From Candidatus Nanoarchaeia archaeon (lineage in GTDB: Archaea; Nanobdellota; Nanobdellia; UBA10117), in NCBI GenBank assembly GCA_049969975.1, contig JBMFNW010000003.1, forward strand, positions 1 through 36,399: a DNA stretch of 36,399 nucleotides, given 5' to 3'. This document shows positions 17,785 to 27,512 of this stretch, in pieces. Within the stretch, counting starts at the first letter, position 1, and each line of letters begins with the position of its first letter. The translations under genes were made by a program, and so were the position numbers. The notes beneath the pieces are model-generated. The model worked only from the letters and a program-made list of their open reading frames with translations, did not search any database and was not told the origin of the DNA.

Positions 17785-18549
17785 ATGAAACTCATTGCTG
17801 TTTCTAAATCAAATATTGCTTCTCAAAATATCGGATCTTTTCTAGAACCTTTCGAAGATGTTATGTTAAAATTTTTTCACCAAGGAGTTTTAGAATTCGA
17901 TTTTCTTGAAAATTTTATTCCAAAACCAGAACTTTTAGTAATACCATCTTCTCACAGCTCTACTGCAGGCAAGCCGATGTTGAGCGTACATGCAACTGGA
18001 AATTGGGGCGAAGCAAAATTGGGAGGAAAGCCAAGAAAACTTTCAATTGCACCTGCACTTTGGATTGCAAGAATTTTGCAAGAGCTTGCTGATGCTGCAA
18101 AAGAAAATAATCTTAAATACGAAGTTGGGCTTGAAGTTACACACCACGGTCCAACAATAGAAATACCAGTGTTATTTGTAGAGATTGGTTCTAGCCAAAA
18201 AGAATGGTCTGATTTAGAAGCTTGCAGAATTATAGCAAATTGCATTAAAAAAGTTCTAAAAGAAGGAGTAAATGGAATGCAAAAAGAAAATATTTGTTTT
18301 GGATTTGGCGGGCCGCATTATGCGCCAAATTTTACAAAAAGAGTTTTGTCTGGAAAATTTGTTGTAGGACATATTTGTCCAAAGTATCATATCAACAATT
18401 TAGATGAATCTCTTTTTATACAAGCTTATGAAAAAACTACTCCAAAACCAAATTTTGCGGTTTTAGATTGGAAAGGTCTCAAAGCGGATGAGCGTAATAA
18501 ATTACTCACACTTTTAGAAAAATATAAAATAAGTTGGGAAAAAATTTAA
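17785..18549 (+). CDS. dtdA: D-aminoacyl-tRNA deacylase, archaeal DTD2 type
   Basis: SSHSS, LSVHATGN, LEVTHHGP, FVEIGS, GFGGPHYAP, GHICPKY, LDWKG. Confidence 0.92.
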   Translation: MKLIAVSKSNIASQNIGSFLEPFEDVMLKFFHQGVLEFDFLENFIPKPELLVIPSSHSSTAGKPMLSVHATGNWGEAKLGGKPRKLSIAPALWIARILQELADAAKENNLKYEVGLEVTHHGPTIEIPVLFVEIGSSQKEWSDLEACRIIANCIKKVLKEGVNGMQKENICFGFGGPHYAPNFTKRVLSGKFVVGHICPKYHINNLDESLFIQAYEKTTPKPNFAVLDWKGLKADERNKLLTLLEKYKISWEKI

Positions 18550-19163
18550 TGGTTGCAATGGTTAAATACATAATAGAGCACTTAGAACCAAAGCTATATC
18601 CTTGGTGTTTTCTAGAGTACAAACACATTTCAAAAATTGTTGGGAAAGGCGCGTTAATTTTTTCAAATACAAAAAATCTAAGCCAGCGGGAAGTTAAAAA
18701 ATTAGAAAAACTCGGAAAGGTTTGGCTAGAAAGCATTTCAAATAAATTTTTAAATAAATTTTTAAATATCAAACATACAAATGCATGTATTTTAGACCCA
18801 AATGCAACTAAAGAACTCACACCAAAAATTGCTAAGCAATATAATTATTTTATTTTTGGTGGAATATTGGGAGACAATCCACCAAAAGCCAGAACTACAA
18901 AATTTTTAACTTCAAAGCTAAATTTGCCCGCATATAATTTAGGAAAAGAACAAATGTCAACAGATACCGCTGTGGCTGTTTGTAAAGAAATTTACAATGG
19001 CACATCACTTAAAAATCTAAAATTTCAAGATGGTTATTCTGTAAAAATTGAAAAATGGCTTTGGGAAGAACTTCCTTATCGCTATCTTATCAAAAACGGC
19101 AAAGTTCTTTTTACACCCGGTTTGAAAAAACTTTTAAAAAATTTGGCAAAAAAAGGAATTTAG
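18549..19163 (+). CDS. SPOUT-class SAM-dependent methyltransferase, Sfm1-like
   Basis: YIIEHLE...WCFLEY, ILDP, FIFGGILGDNPPKART, LGKEQMSTDTAV and LPYRY match yeast Sfm1-family motifs. Start likely 18549 or 18558. Confidence 0.85.
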   Translation: MVAMVKYIIEHLEPKLYPWCFLEYKHISKIVGKGALIFSNTKNLSQREVKKLEKLGKVWLESISNKFLNKFLNIKHTNACILDPNATKELTPKIAKQYNYFIFGGILGDNPPKARTTKFLTSKLNLPAYNLGKEQMSTDTAVAVCKEIYNGTSLKNLKFQDGYSVKIEKWLWEELPYRYLIKNGKVLFTPGLKKLLKNLAKKGI

Positions 19164-19222
19164 AAGAAATTATTTGCACAAGAATAAAAAATCTTTTATA
19201 GCAAAAGAAAACTTAAAACATT

Positions 19223-19762
19223 ATGTTAATTGATATTAAAAGACTTTTAGGCAAAGAAGGAATTGAAAGCATTAAAAAAGACATTGATAATATAACTAAA
19301 TTTGAGAGTAAAGTTTTGGTTGATGTCCAAAATTTAGAAGAACCTCTAAAAACAATTGGTCAATTTGTACTTGAAAAAGAGAGATTAGAACATGCCAGAA
19401 ACACACTAATTAAACTTTTAGAAATGTCTGCAGAGCTAAGACGAGAGCTTCAAGAAACAAATAAAAGATGTGCAATAATTTTAGATCATGCAAAAATTCA
19501 TTTTCCTGGCAGAGAAAGCGCTCGTTTCGAACTTGCTAAATGCAAAGCAAAAGAAGATGCGTTGAAATTCACACTTAGCTACATAGATGCTGCAATTGCG
19601 CGCTTTCCAACACCAGAACAATTAGCAACTAAACTTCTTGATGTCGAAGAACGAATTGCGAAATTTGGTGGAGATAGAGCGCTTATTGCAATTGAAGAAA
19701 TTATTAAAAGACCTGCCATCCAAAGAGGAGATTTAGTAGAAATTGCAAGGAGGTTAAAATGA
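19223..19762 (+). CDS. Hypothetical alpha-helical protein
   Basis: 179 aa ORF with a TTTTATA box about 22 nt upstream. ATGA overlap with adk. No recognised motif. Confidence 0.7.
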   Translation: MLIDIKRLLGKEGIESIKKDIDNITKFESKVLVDVQNLEEPLKTIGQFVLEKERLEHARNTLIKLLEMSAELRRELQETNKRCAIILDHAKIHFPGRESARFELAKCKAKEDALKFTLSYIDAAIARFPTPEQLATKLLDVEERIAKFGGDRALIAIEEIIKRPAIQRGDLVEIARRLK

Positions 19763-20439
19763 AGCTTTTGATATTTGGCCCGCCAGGTGCAGGCAAAGGG
19801 ATTTACGGCTCAAAACTTAAAGAAAAATTTGGTTTGGAAAAAATTGCTACGGGAGATATTTTTAGAGAAGAAATTAAAGCTGGAACAGAGCTTGGTAAAA
19901 AAGTCCAAACTTACTTAGCTAATGGCGAACTTGTTCCAGATTCGATTGTAATAGATGTTGTCAAAAATAAAATTCGAGGTAAAAATAATTTTTTGCTAGA
20001 CGGCTTTCCCAGAACAATAGATCAAGCAAAAGCACTAGATAAAATAACCAAAATTGATGCAATAATAAAAATTAATACATTTGATGAAATTTTGATAGAA
20101 AAGATATCTGCAAGGAGAATTTGCTCAAATCCAAAATGTGATGGTAATTACAACATTGCAGACATTCACAAAACAATAAATGGAATAAAGTTTGATTTGC
20201 CGCCACTCTTACCTAAAAAAGATATGATTTGTGACAAATGTGGTTCTCCTTTAATCCAAAGACCTGACGATAAGCCTGAAGTAATAAAAGAACGTCTAAA
20301 AGTTTACAAAACACAAAGCGAGCCAGTATTAAAATATTACGAAGGTAAAGTTCCATTTATAGAAGTTTGGATGAATAGAGAGCCAAATGCAATAGTAGAA
20401 GAAATTGTTCAAAAAATTCAAGCACTTAAACTAAAATAA
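19759..20439 (+). CDS. adk: Adenylate kinase, bacterial-type with zinc-binding LID
   Basis: GPPGAGKG, TGDIFR, GELVPD, LDGFPRT, LID CSNPKC...CDKC, QRPDD. Confidence 0.95.
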   Translation: MKLLIFGPPGAGKGIYGSKLKEKFGLEKIATGDIFREEIKAGTELGKKVQTYLANGELVPDSIVIDVVKNKIRGKNNFLLDGFPRTIDQAKALDKITKIDAIIKINTFDEILIEKISARRICSNPKCDGNYNIADIHKTINGIKFDLPPLLPKKDMICDKCGSPLIQRPDDKPEVIKERLKVYKTQSEPVLKYYEGKVPFIEVWMNREPNAIVEEIVQKIQALKLK

Positions 20440-20592
20440 ACTTTCAACTAAACTTTAAGCTAAAATTAAAATTAAGCTAAAATTAAAAAAAATCCAAATT
20501 TAGAAGATTTGAGTAATTTTAGTAATAGAAAAAAGATTTTGAAAAATTTTGAAAAGATAACTTTTTATATGGCCAACAAATCGATAAATATA

Positions 20593-22134
20593 ATGGCCAC
20601 AAATGTGGAAAGGCTTGCAGAAGGTCTGCAAGATGTAGAACTCAAAATACTTAAAGTTCTTAAAGATGGCGCAAGCCTCACAGTAGAACAAATAGCAGCA
20701 AAAAGCTCCACAAACATAGATTCTGTGCGGCGTGCACTTTTTTGGCTACAAAATAAAAATTTAATAAACGTTGAAAGTAAATCTGTTTGGACTTTTGAAT
20801 TAACTAATTTAGGCAAAAATTATGCTACAAAAGGATTGCCAGAAAGACGCTTTTTACAACAACTTAATCTTGGACCAAAATGTGCTGATGACCTTGCACA
20901 AGAGCTCGGTTTAAACAAACAAGAAATAAAATATTCCATAGGTTATTGGAAAGCAAAAGGCGCTATCGAATTTAAAGGCTATGCTATCCAACTAACAAAT
21001 ACTGGTAAAGCATATTTGTCAAAAAAGACTTTGGAAGAAGAATTTTTGCAAAAAGTACTTGCAGGGAATGTGAGCTTGGGCCCTGAAGATAAAGAGGCTT
21101 TGGAGATTTTACAAAAAAGAGGTTTGGCCAAAAAAATTCTTCATAAAGAGCAAAAATATCAAATCACAAGTCTCGGTTCTAGTGTTTTAGCTTTGGCAAA
21201 AGAAGGTCCAAAAATAGGAAAATTAACACCAGATCTAATAAAATCAAAAGCGTGGGAAACTGCACAATTTAGAAGATATGATGTTTTAGCACAAGTACCA
21301 AAAATATGGCCTGGCAAAACTCAACCATACTTGGCTTTTTTAAACGAAGTTAGGCGGGAACTTATTGCACTTGGTTTTGAAGAAGTAACTGGCCCAATAA
21401 TAGAACTTGCACTTTGGAATTGTGATGCTTTGTTTATGCCGCAAGATCATCCTGCAAGAGGAATACACGATATTTATTACATAAAAGAACCAAAATATGC
21501 GAATATTAAAAGTGCGAATATTAAAAGTCTACAAAACTTAATAAAAGCTGTAAAAAGAGTACACGAAAATGGGGGCTTTTCTGGGAGTAAAGGCTGGCAA
21601 TATGTTTTTGATGAAAAACAATCTATGCGTCTACTTTTAAGATCACAAGGTACTGCACTATCTGCAAGAACATTGGCGCAAAAGCCAAAAATACCTGGTG
21701 CGTATTTTTCCATAGCAAGGTGTTTTAGACCGGATGTTGTAGATGCAACACATTTGCCAGAATTTAATCAATGTGAAGGTCTTGTACTCGGAGAATACAA
21801 TCTAAGACACTTAATTGGACTTCTTACAGAATTTGCACAAAAAATTACTGGTACTGATAAAATACGACTAAGGCCTTCTTATTTCCCATTCACAGAGCCT
21901 TCGCTCGAAGCAGATATTTGGTATGATGGTAAATGGGTTGAAGCATTGGGAGCTGGCTTATTGAGACCTGAGGTACTTGAGCCATTTGGCATAAAAGTGC
22001 CTGTGCTTGCCTGGGGTATTGGTATAGATAGACTTTTCATGATAAAAACAAATATTAAAGACATTAGAGTGCTTTTTAGCAAAGATATTCAATGGTTGAG
22101 AGAATTTTATTTTACAGAAGAAAAGGAGGCATAA
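20593..22134 (+). CDS. pheS: Phenylalanine--tRNA ligase alpha subunit (archaeal type, N-terminal winged-helix domains)
   Basis: WNCDALFMPQDHPAR, CFRPDVVDATHLPEFNQCEG, FPFTEPS, AWGIGIDRL. Start 20593 preferred over the TTG at 20509. Confidence 0.96.
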   Translation: MATNVERLAEGLQDVELKILKVLKDGASLTVEQIAAKSSTNIDSVRRALFWLQNKNLINVESKSVWTFELTNLGKNYATKGLPERRFLQQLNLGPKCADDLAQELGLNKQEIKYSIGYWKAKGAIEFKGYAIQLTNTGKAYLSKKTLEEEFLQKVLAGNVSLGPEDKEALEILQKRGLAKKILHKEQKYQITSLGSSVLALAKEGPKIGKLTPDLIKSKAWETAQFRRYDVLAQVPKIWPGKTQPYLAFLNEVRRELIALGFEEVTGPIIELALWNCDALFMPQDHPARGIHDIYYIKEPKYANIKSANIKSLQNLIKAVKRVHENGGFSGSKGWQYVFDEKQSMRLLLRSQGTALSARTLAQKPKIPGAYFSIARCFRPDVVDATHLPEFNQCEGLVLGEYNLRHLIGLLTEFAQKITGTDKIRLRPSYFPFTEPSLEADIWYDGKWVEALGAGLLRPEVLEPFGIKVPVLAWGIGIDRLFMIKTNIKDIRVLFSKDIQWLREFYFTEEKEA

Positions 22135-22145
22135 AAGGAGGTAAC

Positions 22146-22670
22146 ATGAAAGTGCTAATGATTGTTGCACAAAAAAATTTCAGAGACGAAGAACTGTTCC
22201 ATACAAAAGAAGAGTTAGAAAAAGCAGGGCATGAAGTTAAAGTAGCATCGCTATCTACTGCAAGTGCGGTAGGTATGTTGGGAGCAATAGTTAAACCAGA
22301 TTTGGCTGTCAAAGATGCTAAAGTAGACGATTTTGCAGCAATAGTTATTGTTGGCGGTTCTGGCTCGCCAGAGTTAGCAGAGCATAAAGAAGTTTTAAAT
22401 CTAATCAAAGATGCAGCTGAAAAAGGCAAAATTTTAGCTGCAATTTGCTTAGGTCCTGTTGTTCTTGCAAAAGCAGGCATTTTGGAAGGAAAAAAAGCTA
22501 CTGTTTGGAGCTCACCAGCGTATACAGAGCCCATTAAAACTTTGACACAGCATGGTGCAAAGTATTCAAAAGAAAACATAGTAGAATCTGGAAAAATAAT
22601 AACTGCTTCAGGCCCGCAATGGGCTAGAGATTTTGGCAAAGCAATTGCAAGAAAACTTTCGGAGGCTTAG
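22146..22670 (+). CDS. DJ-1/PfpI family protein
   Basis: FRDEE, VGGSG, nucleophile elbow AAICLGP, ITASGP. Strong Shine-Dalgarno AGGAGGT just upstream of ATG 22146. Confidence 0.92.
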   Translation: MKVLMIVAQKNFRDEELFHTKEELEKAGHEVKVASLSTASAVGMLGAIVKPDLAVKDAKVDDFAAIVIVGGSGSPELAEHKEVLNLIKDAAEKGKILAAICLGPVVLAKAGILEGKKATVWSSPAYTEPIKTLTQHGAKYSKENIVESGKIITASGPQWARDFGKAIARKLSEA

Positions 22671-22676
22671 GCAAAT

Positions 22677-24344
22677 ATGCCGACGATAGAAATAGAGCTT
22701 GAAGAGCTACGCAAGCTTGTTGGAGATAAGCTGCCAACAAGCATAGAAGAGCTTGAACAATTAATTTTTAACTTGAAAGGCGAAATTGAAAGTTTTGAAA
22801 ATGGAAAATTAATTCTAAAAATGTCTGATGGCAATAGACCGGAGCTGTGGAGTCCAGAAGGTTTGGCACGAGAAATTAAAGGCATTATAGGAATCGAACG
22901 AGGAGCAAAAGAATATTTTGCCAAAACTTCAGACTTAAAAGTTTTTGTTTCAACAAAACTAGAGAAAATAAGACCTTTTATTGCTTGTGCAGCTGTTAAG
23001 GGAATAAAGCTTAGCGATAGCACAATTAGAGCATTAATGCAAACACAAACAAAAATAGATTCTACTCTTGGCAGAGAACGCACAAAAGCATCTGTTGGGC
23101 TTTATAATTTAAAATTAATTAAATTCCCTTTGAAATACACAACAACAAAGCCTCATGAAAATGCATTTGTTCCATTAGGTTATACAGAAGAACTTCCACC
23201 ACATGAAATTTTAAAAAATCATCCAAAAGGTCAACAGTATGGGCACATACTAAAAGGTTTGCCGGAATATCCAATTCTCTTGGATGCAAGCAATAAAGTA
23301 CTCAGCCTTCCACCAATAATCAATTCTGCAGATTTGGGCAAAATAACAGAGCAAACTCAAGATATTTTAGTTGAAGTAACCGGTACAGATTATGAAACTG
23401 TGCAAAGAATTTTAACTATTTTTTGCACAGCGCTTGCAGAGCGAGGTGGGGAAATTTACAGCATTACAATTGATTACCCTTATAGAAAGCCGGACATATG
23501 CCCGCATCTAGAAACTTCTAGCTTAAAACTAGACATAAAAGAAATTCAAAAAACTCTCGGCATAAACCTGTTACCAGAAGATGTAATAAAATTGTTACAA
23601 AGAGCTCGCTATTCTGCAAAAGTTATAGAAGAACTAATTGAAGTAAAAATTCCTTGTTATAGAAAAGACATTATGCATCCAATAGACTTAATCGAAGACA
23701 TAGCAATTGCATACGGCCTAAACAATTTGAGCAAAATTTATCCAGAATTGCCAACGCGTGGAAAAGAATCTGAATTAGAAAAATGTTCTGCAAAATTTAG
23801 AGAAATATGTATTGGTTTAGGCGCACAAGAAATTCTTAGTTTCATACTTACAAATAAAGAAAATTTGTTTGCAAAAATGGCTTGCCCTGAAGAAAAAATA
23901 ATTGAAATTGAAAATCCTATGTCTTTAAGTTTTTATGCCTGCAGGTCTAAATTGCTTCCAAGTCTTTTGGACTTTCTCGCGCAAAACACAACAAAACCAT
24001 TCCCGCAGAAAATATTTGAAATAGGAGACATAGTATTTCCAAACAGCAAAAGCGATATGGGATACGAAATAGAAAAAAGACTTGCGCTTGCAATTTCACA
24101 TTCTGAGGTAGACTTTACAGAAATTAAACAAAATCTTGAAGCACTTTATAGAGCATTAGGTAAAAGTTTAATGCTTGAAGAATGTGAGCATCCAAGTTTT
24201 ATTCCAGGAAGATGTGCAAAAATTATAGAAACTATGAGTAAAAAAGAAATTGGCATTCTCGGAGAAATACATCCCAAAGTCCTTCAAAATTGGGGATTGG
24301 AGATGCCAGTTGCAGCATTTGAAATAAAAATATGCGGTAATTAA
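22677..24344 (+). CDS. pheT: Phenylalanine--tRNA ligase beta subunit (archaeal type)
   Basis: MPTIEI, NRPELWSPEGLAR, IRPFIAC, LSLPPIINS, YRKDIMHPIDLIEDIAIAYG, GEIHPKVL. Confidence 0.96.
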   Translation: MPTIEIELEELRKLVGDKLPTSIEELEQLIFNLKGEIESFENGKLILKMSDGNRPELWSPEGLAREIKGIIGIERGAKEYFAKTSDLKVFVSTKLEKIRPFIACAAVKGIKLSDSTIRALMQTQTKIDSTLGRERTKASVGLYNLKLIKFPLKYTTTKPHENAFVPLGYTEELPPHEILKNHPKGQQYGHILKGLPEYPILLDASNKVLSLPPIINSADLGKITEQTQDILVEVTGTDYETVQRILTIFCTALAERGGEIYSITIDYPYRKPDICPHLETSSLKLDIKEIQKTLGINLLPEDVIKLLQRARYSAKVIEELIEVKIPCYRKDIMHPIDLIEDIAIAYGLNNLSKIYPELPTRGKESELEKCSAKFREICIGLGAQEILSFILTNKENLFAKMACPEEKIIEIENPMSLSFYACRSKLLPSLLDFLAQNTTKPFPQKIFEIGDIVFPNSKSDMGYEIEKRLALAISHSEVDFTEIKQNLEALYRALGKSLMLEECEHPSFIPGRCAKIIETMSKKEIGILGEIHPKVLQNWGLEMPVAAFEIKICGN

Positions 24345-24368
24345 TTTAGAATAAATGTTGGATGAAAA

Positions 24369-25256
24369 ATGCACGAACATGTAAAACATTTGTATGAAAA
24401 TCGAAAAGTGCTTAAAAGTGCTCTTTTAGCTGTATTTAGTTTTATGTTTGTAGAATTTTTAATAGGTTGGTTTTTTAATTCTTTGGCTCTTTTGGCAGAT
24501 GCAGCACACATGTTTGCTGATTCCGCAGCTCTTATTATTGCTTTTTTTGCGGCTTGGATTGCTGGAAAGCGCGCACCGCCAGAAAAAACATTTGGTTACT
24601 TAAGAGCAGAAACATTGGCAGGTTTAGCAAATTGCACAATTCTGGCAACAGTTGCATATGAAATTATTCATAATGCCATAATAAAATTAATGCAGCCTGC
24701 CGTAAGTATTATTTCTCTACCAATAATTCTTGCCGCTGCAATTGGTTTAATTATAAATCTTGTTGTTGTGCGAAAACTGCATGGCAGCGAAGAAATATAT
24801 ATGAAAGCTGCGTTTTATGAAGTTATTTTTGATACGGCTGGTTCTGTAATTGTACTTTGCTCAGCAGTTATAATGCAATTTACAAAAATATACTATTTTG
24901 ATGCGCTTGCTGCACTTATTTTAGGAATATTAGTTGTACCAAGACTAGTTGGCCTCTTCAAATCTTTAATTAATACAATTTTAGAAGTTGTTCCCGACCA
25001 CATAAATTTTACCAATTTAATAAATGATATGTTAAAAGTCAGGAATGTGAAAGAGGTTCACGATGTACATGTTTGGGAGGTGGCTACAGGATTTACAACT
25101 TTGAGTGCTCACGTTGTTGCACAAAAAGAAAGCAGCTTACATGAAATTGAAGAAATGTTGCATAAAAAATATCACATTTGGCACGCCACTCTTCAGTTTG
25201 AGCCAAAGCCAGCAAAAGAGGTTTATGTGCATGGACGTTGGATTAAAAAAGCTTAG
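24369..25256 (+). CDS. Cation diffusion facilitator (CzcD/ZitB-like Zn/Co/Cd efflux)
   Basis: SLALLADAAHMFAD, TFGYLRAETLA, VHDVHVW, HATLQFE. About six TM helices. Confidence 0.92.
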   Translation: MHEHVKHLYENRKVLKSALLAVFSFMFVEFLIGWFFNSLALLADAAHMFADSAALIIAFFAAWIAGKRAPPEKTFGYLRAETLAGLANCTILATVAYEIIHNAIIKLMQPAVSIISLPIILAAAIGLIINLVVVRKLHGSEEIYMKAAFYEVIFDTAGSVIVLCSAVIMQFTKIYYFDALAALILGILVVPRLVGLFKSLINTILEVVPDHINFTNLINDMLKVRNVKEVHDVHVWEVATGFTTLSAHVVAQKESSLHEIEEMLHKKYHIWHATLQFEPKPAKEVYVHGRWIKKA

Positions 25257-26212
25257 TAAATTGGTGTGGAATTTTTTGGATCTCGAACATATTCTTTGAA
25301 AAGAGACATTAATTTTTTTGTGATTGGACCTGGCTTTCCATCTCCTATTGTGAGCAAGTCTGCTTTATTTCCACCCACAGGCGCCCCTATTATTTTTGTT
25401 ATAGGTATTATTTCTGCTGCCGTACCTGTAAGAAAACACTCATCTGCTTTTTCAGCCAAATCTTTTGGATGAATATCTGTTTCAAAAAAAGAAATTTTTT
25501 TGTTAAGACAAATTTCTTTTACTACACTTCTTGTTATACCTTTCAAACAATTTCGCTCTGTTGGTGTGTAAACACGGCCCTTACTAACCATGAAAAAATT
25601 ATCCGCACTGCCTTCTGCAATATAACCATCATGATCTAGCATAATAGCTTCATTGGCATTTACGGCTGAAGCCTCTCTTAAAGCTTGAATATTATTTAAA
25701 TAGTTAAGGCTTTTTACATTTGGAGAAAGGCTTCGTACAGGCACTCTTGCTGTTTGCACAATTGCTGCTGTTAAACCTTTTTCATAAAGTTCTTTTGGAT
25801 AAAGTTGTATTTCTGATGCAATTATTATAACTGTTGGCTTAGGACACTTTTTTGGATTTAAACCTAAATCACCAATACCTCTTGTTACAACTGGCCTGAT
25901 GTAGCCGGAACTCAACTCATTTTTCTTACAAATCTCAACTATTTTCTGCTTAAATTCTTCTTCTTCGTAAGGAATTTTTAATCCAATTTCTGCTGCAGAA
26001 TTATAAAGCCTATCAATATGTTCGTTTAATTTGAAAATACGTGGACTTTCAACATCGGGCGGGCCGTACACTCTTATACCTTCAAACACACCATCACCAT
26101 AAAGCAAACCGTGATCAAAAGGAGATATGCAATATTCATTTTCTGGCACAAATCTTTCACCATTCTTGTCAGAAACAAAAACATATCTTAATTTATCTTC
26201 CAACCTTTTCAT
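25253..26212 (-). CDS. ilvE: Branched-chain amino acid aminotransferase (PLP fold IV)
   Basis: DHGLLYGDGVFEGIRVY, HIDRL, YIRPVVTRG, catalytic VKSLNY, EGSADN, LKGITR, FLTGTAAEI. Confidence 0.93.
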   Translation of the reverse strand: MKRLEDKLRYVFVSDKNGERFVPENEYCISPFDHGLLYGDGVFEGIRVYGPPDVESPRIFKLNEHIDRLYNSAAEIGLKIPYEEEEFKQKIVEICKKNELSSGYIRPVVTRGIGDLGLNPKKCPKPTVIIIASEIQLYPKELYEKGLTAAIVQTARVPVRSLSPNVKSLNYLNNIQALREASAVNANEAIMLDHDGYIAEGSADNFFMVSKGRVYTPTERNCLKGITRSVVKEICLNKKISFFETDIHPKDLAEKADECFLTGTAAEIIPITKIIGAPVGGNKADLLTIGDGKPGPITKKLMSLFKEYVRDPKNSTPIY

Positions 26213-26333
26213 ACCTTTAATTAAATACAGATTAAAAATAAAAATATTTCTTTATTTGAAAATAACAAATTAAAAATTTAAATTAAAAAATTTAAAAACA
26301 AAAATATTTATTTTACTTTTTAAACGTTAAAAT

Positions 26334-27512
26334 ATGCATTTAAGAAAGGCAGCGTATTTGTACAAATTAACAAAAGCACTAAATTTAAATTCAAAAAGCA
26401 TCGAACTTAGCAAAATTGATAAAAAGTTAGAAGGCAGTACTCCGCCTGGTGTTTTTATTGGAGAGTATGGCTATCCTAAAGTGTTTATTGGGCCAATGCT
26501 AACGGCTGTGTGTGATGGATGCGAAATATTTGATTTGCCAGAGCTTTGGCTACAACAGAAAAAATCTGTACAAGACATTATCAATTTTAGATTGAGCTTG
26601 ATTCGTGGAAAATATCAAACAAATATTACTAAATTAAATGACAAATTTGTACAAAAACTTCAAGAGCTTGCACTTGCTAAAAAATCTGTTGCTTCTGAAG
26701 CAGAGTTCAAGTCAAAGCCAAAAGGATTGAGTTTAAATGAAGAATATTTGCCATTTGGACCATCTGCTGAACTTTCAAAATTCGAAATTGGAAATGTGCA
26801 TTGGCAGTCAGATTTACAAAAAGTTTACTACGATAAAGATCTTAGAGCAAAAGATGCAGTAATAACACTTTATTCTAAAGGTTTGCTTTTCTCACAAATT
26901 CAAAAAGCACTTTCTGTTGGTGCAATGGGCTTAAATAAAAATAGAAAACTTGTACCAACAAGGTGGTCAATCACTGCAGTAGATGATATTTTAGGAAAAC
27001 ACTTATTAGAAGAAGTTAGACAAAATCCAATCATTGAAAACTATTGTGTATTTGAGTTTTCTGCGTTTAATAATCATTTCACTGTGCTTCTTATGCCAAC
27101 TTCGTGGCAATTTGAAAATTTTGAAGCCTTTATACGCATCTTAAACAACGAAATTATGATTTATCGAGATTGGGAGCCTTGGGAAGGCAGAAAAAAATAT
27201 TCAGAGCAAGCAGGAGGTTATTACTCAACAAGGTTTGCCATAGCAGAGTATTTGCAAAAAATTGGTAAGCAGGCTGGCGCACTTATTTTTCGTGAGGTTT
27301 ACCCACACTACATGCCGCTAGGTGTTTGGACTATACGCGAAAGTATTCGAAATGCACTTAAGCAAAATCCAAAAGAATTTTTTGATTTAAAATCTGCGCT
27401 TACTTATATCGGAAGTAAACTTTACTTACCACTATCTTACTATACAAGTCAAAGTAAATTGCTTAAACTTAACAGGCAACAAACAAAATTAAATATTTTT
27501 TTTAAAATTTAA
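26334..27512 (+). CDS. nreA: Archaeal Nre-family DNA repair protein
   Basis: GSTPPGVFIGEYGYPKVFIGP, PFGPSA, RKLVPTRWSITAVDD, GGYY, PLGVW. C-terminal PIP box QQTKLNIFF. Confidence 0.9.
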   Translation: MHLRKAAYLYKLTKALNLNSKSIELSKIDKKLEGSTPPGVFIGEYGYPKVFIGPMLTAVCDGCEIFDLPELWLQQKKSVQDIINFRLSLIRGKYQTNITKLNDKFVQKLQELALAKKSVASEAEFKSKPKGLSLNEEYLPFGPSAELSKFEIGNVHWQSDLQKVYYDKDLRAKDAVITLYSKGLLFSQIQKALSVGAMGLNKNRKLVPTRWSITAVDDILGKHLLEEVRQNPIIENYCVFEFSAFNNHFTVLLMPTSWQFENFEAFIRILNNEIMIYRDWEPWEGRKKYSEQAGGYYSTRFAIAEYLQKIGKQAGALIFREVYPHYMPLGVWTIRESIRNALKQNPKEFFDLKSALTYIGSKLYLPLSYYTSQSKLLKLNRQQTKLNIFFKI

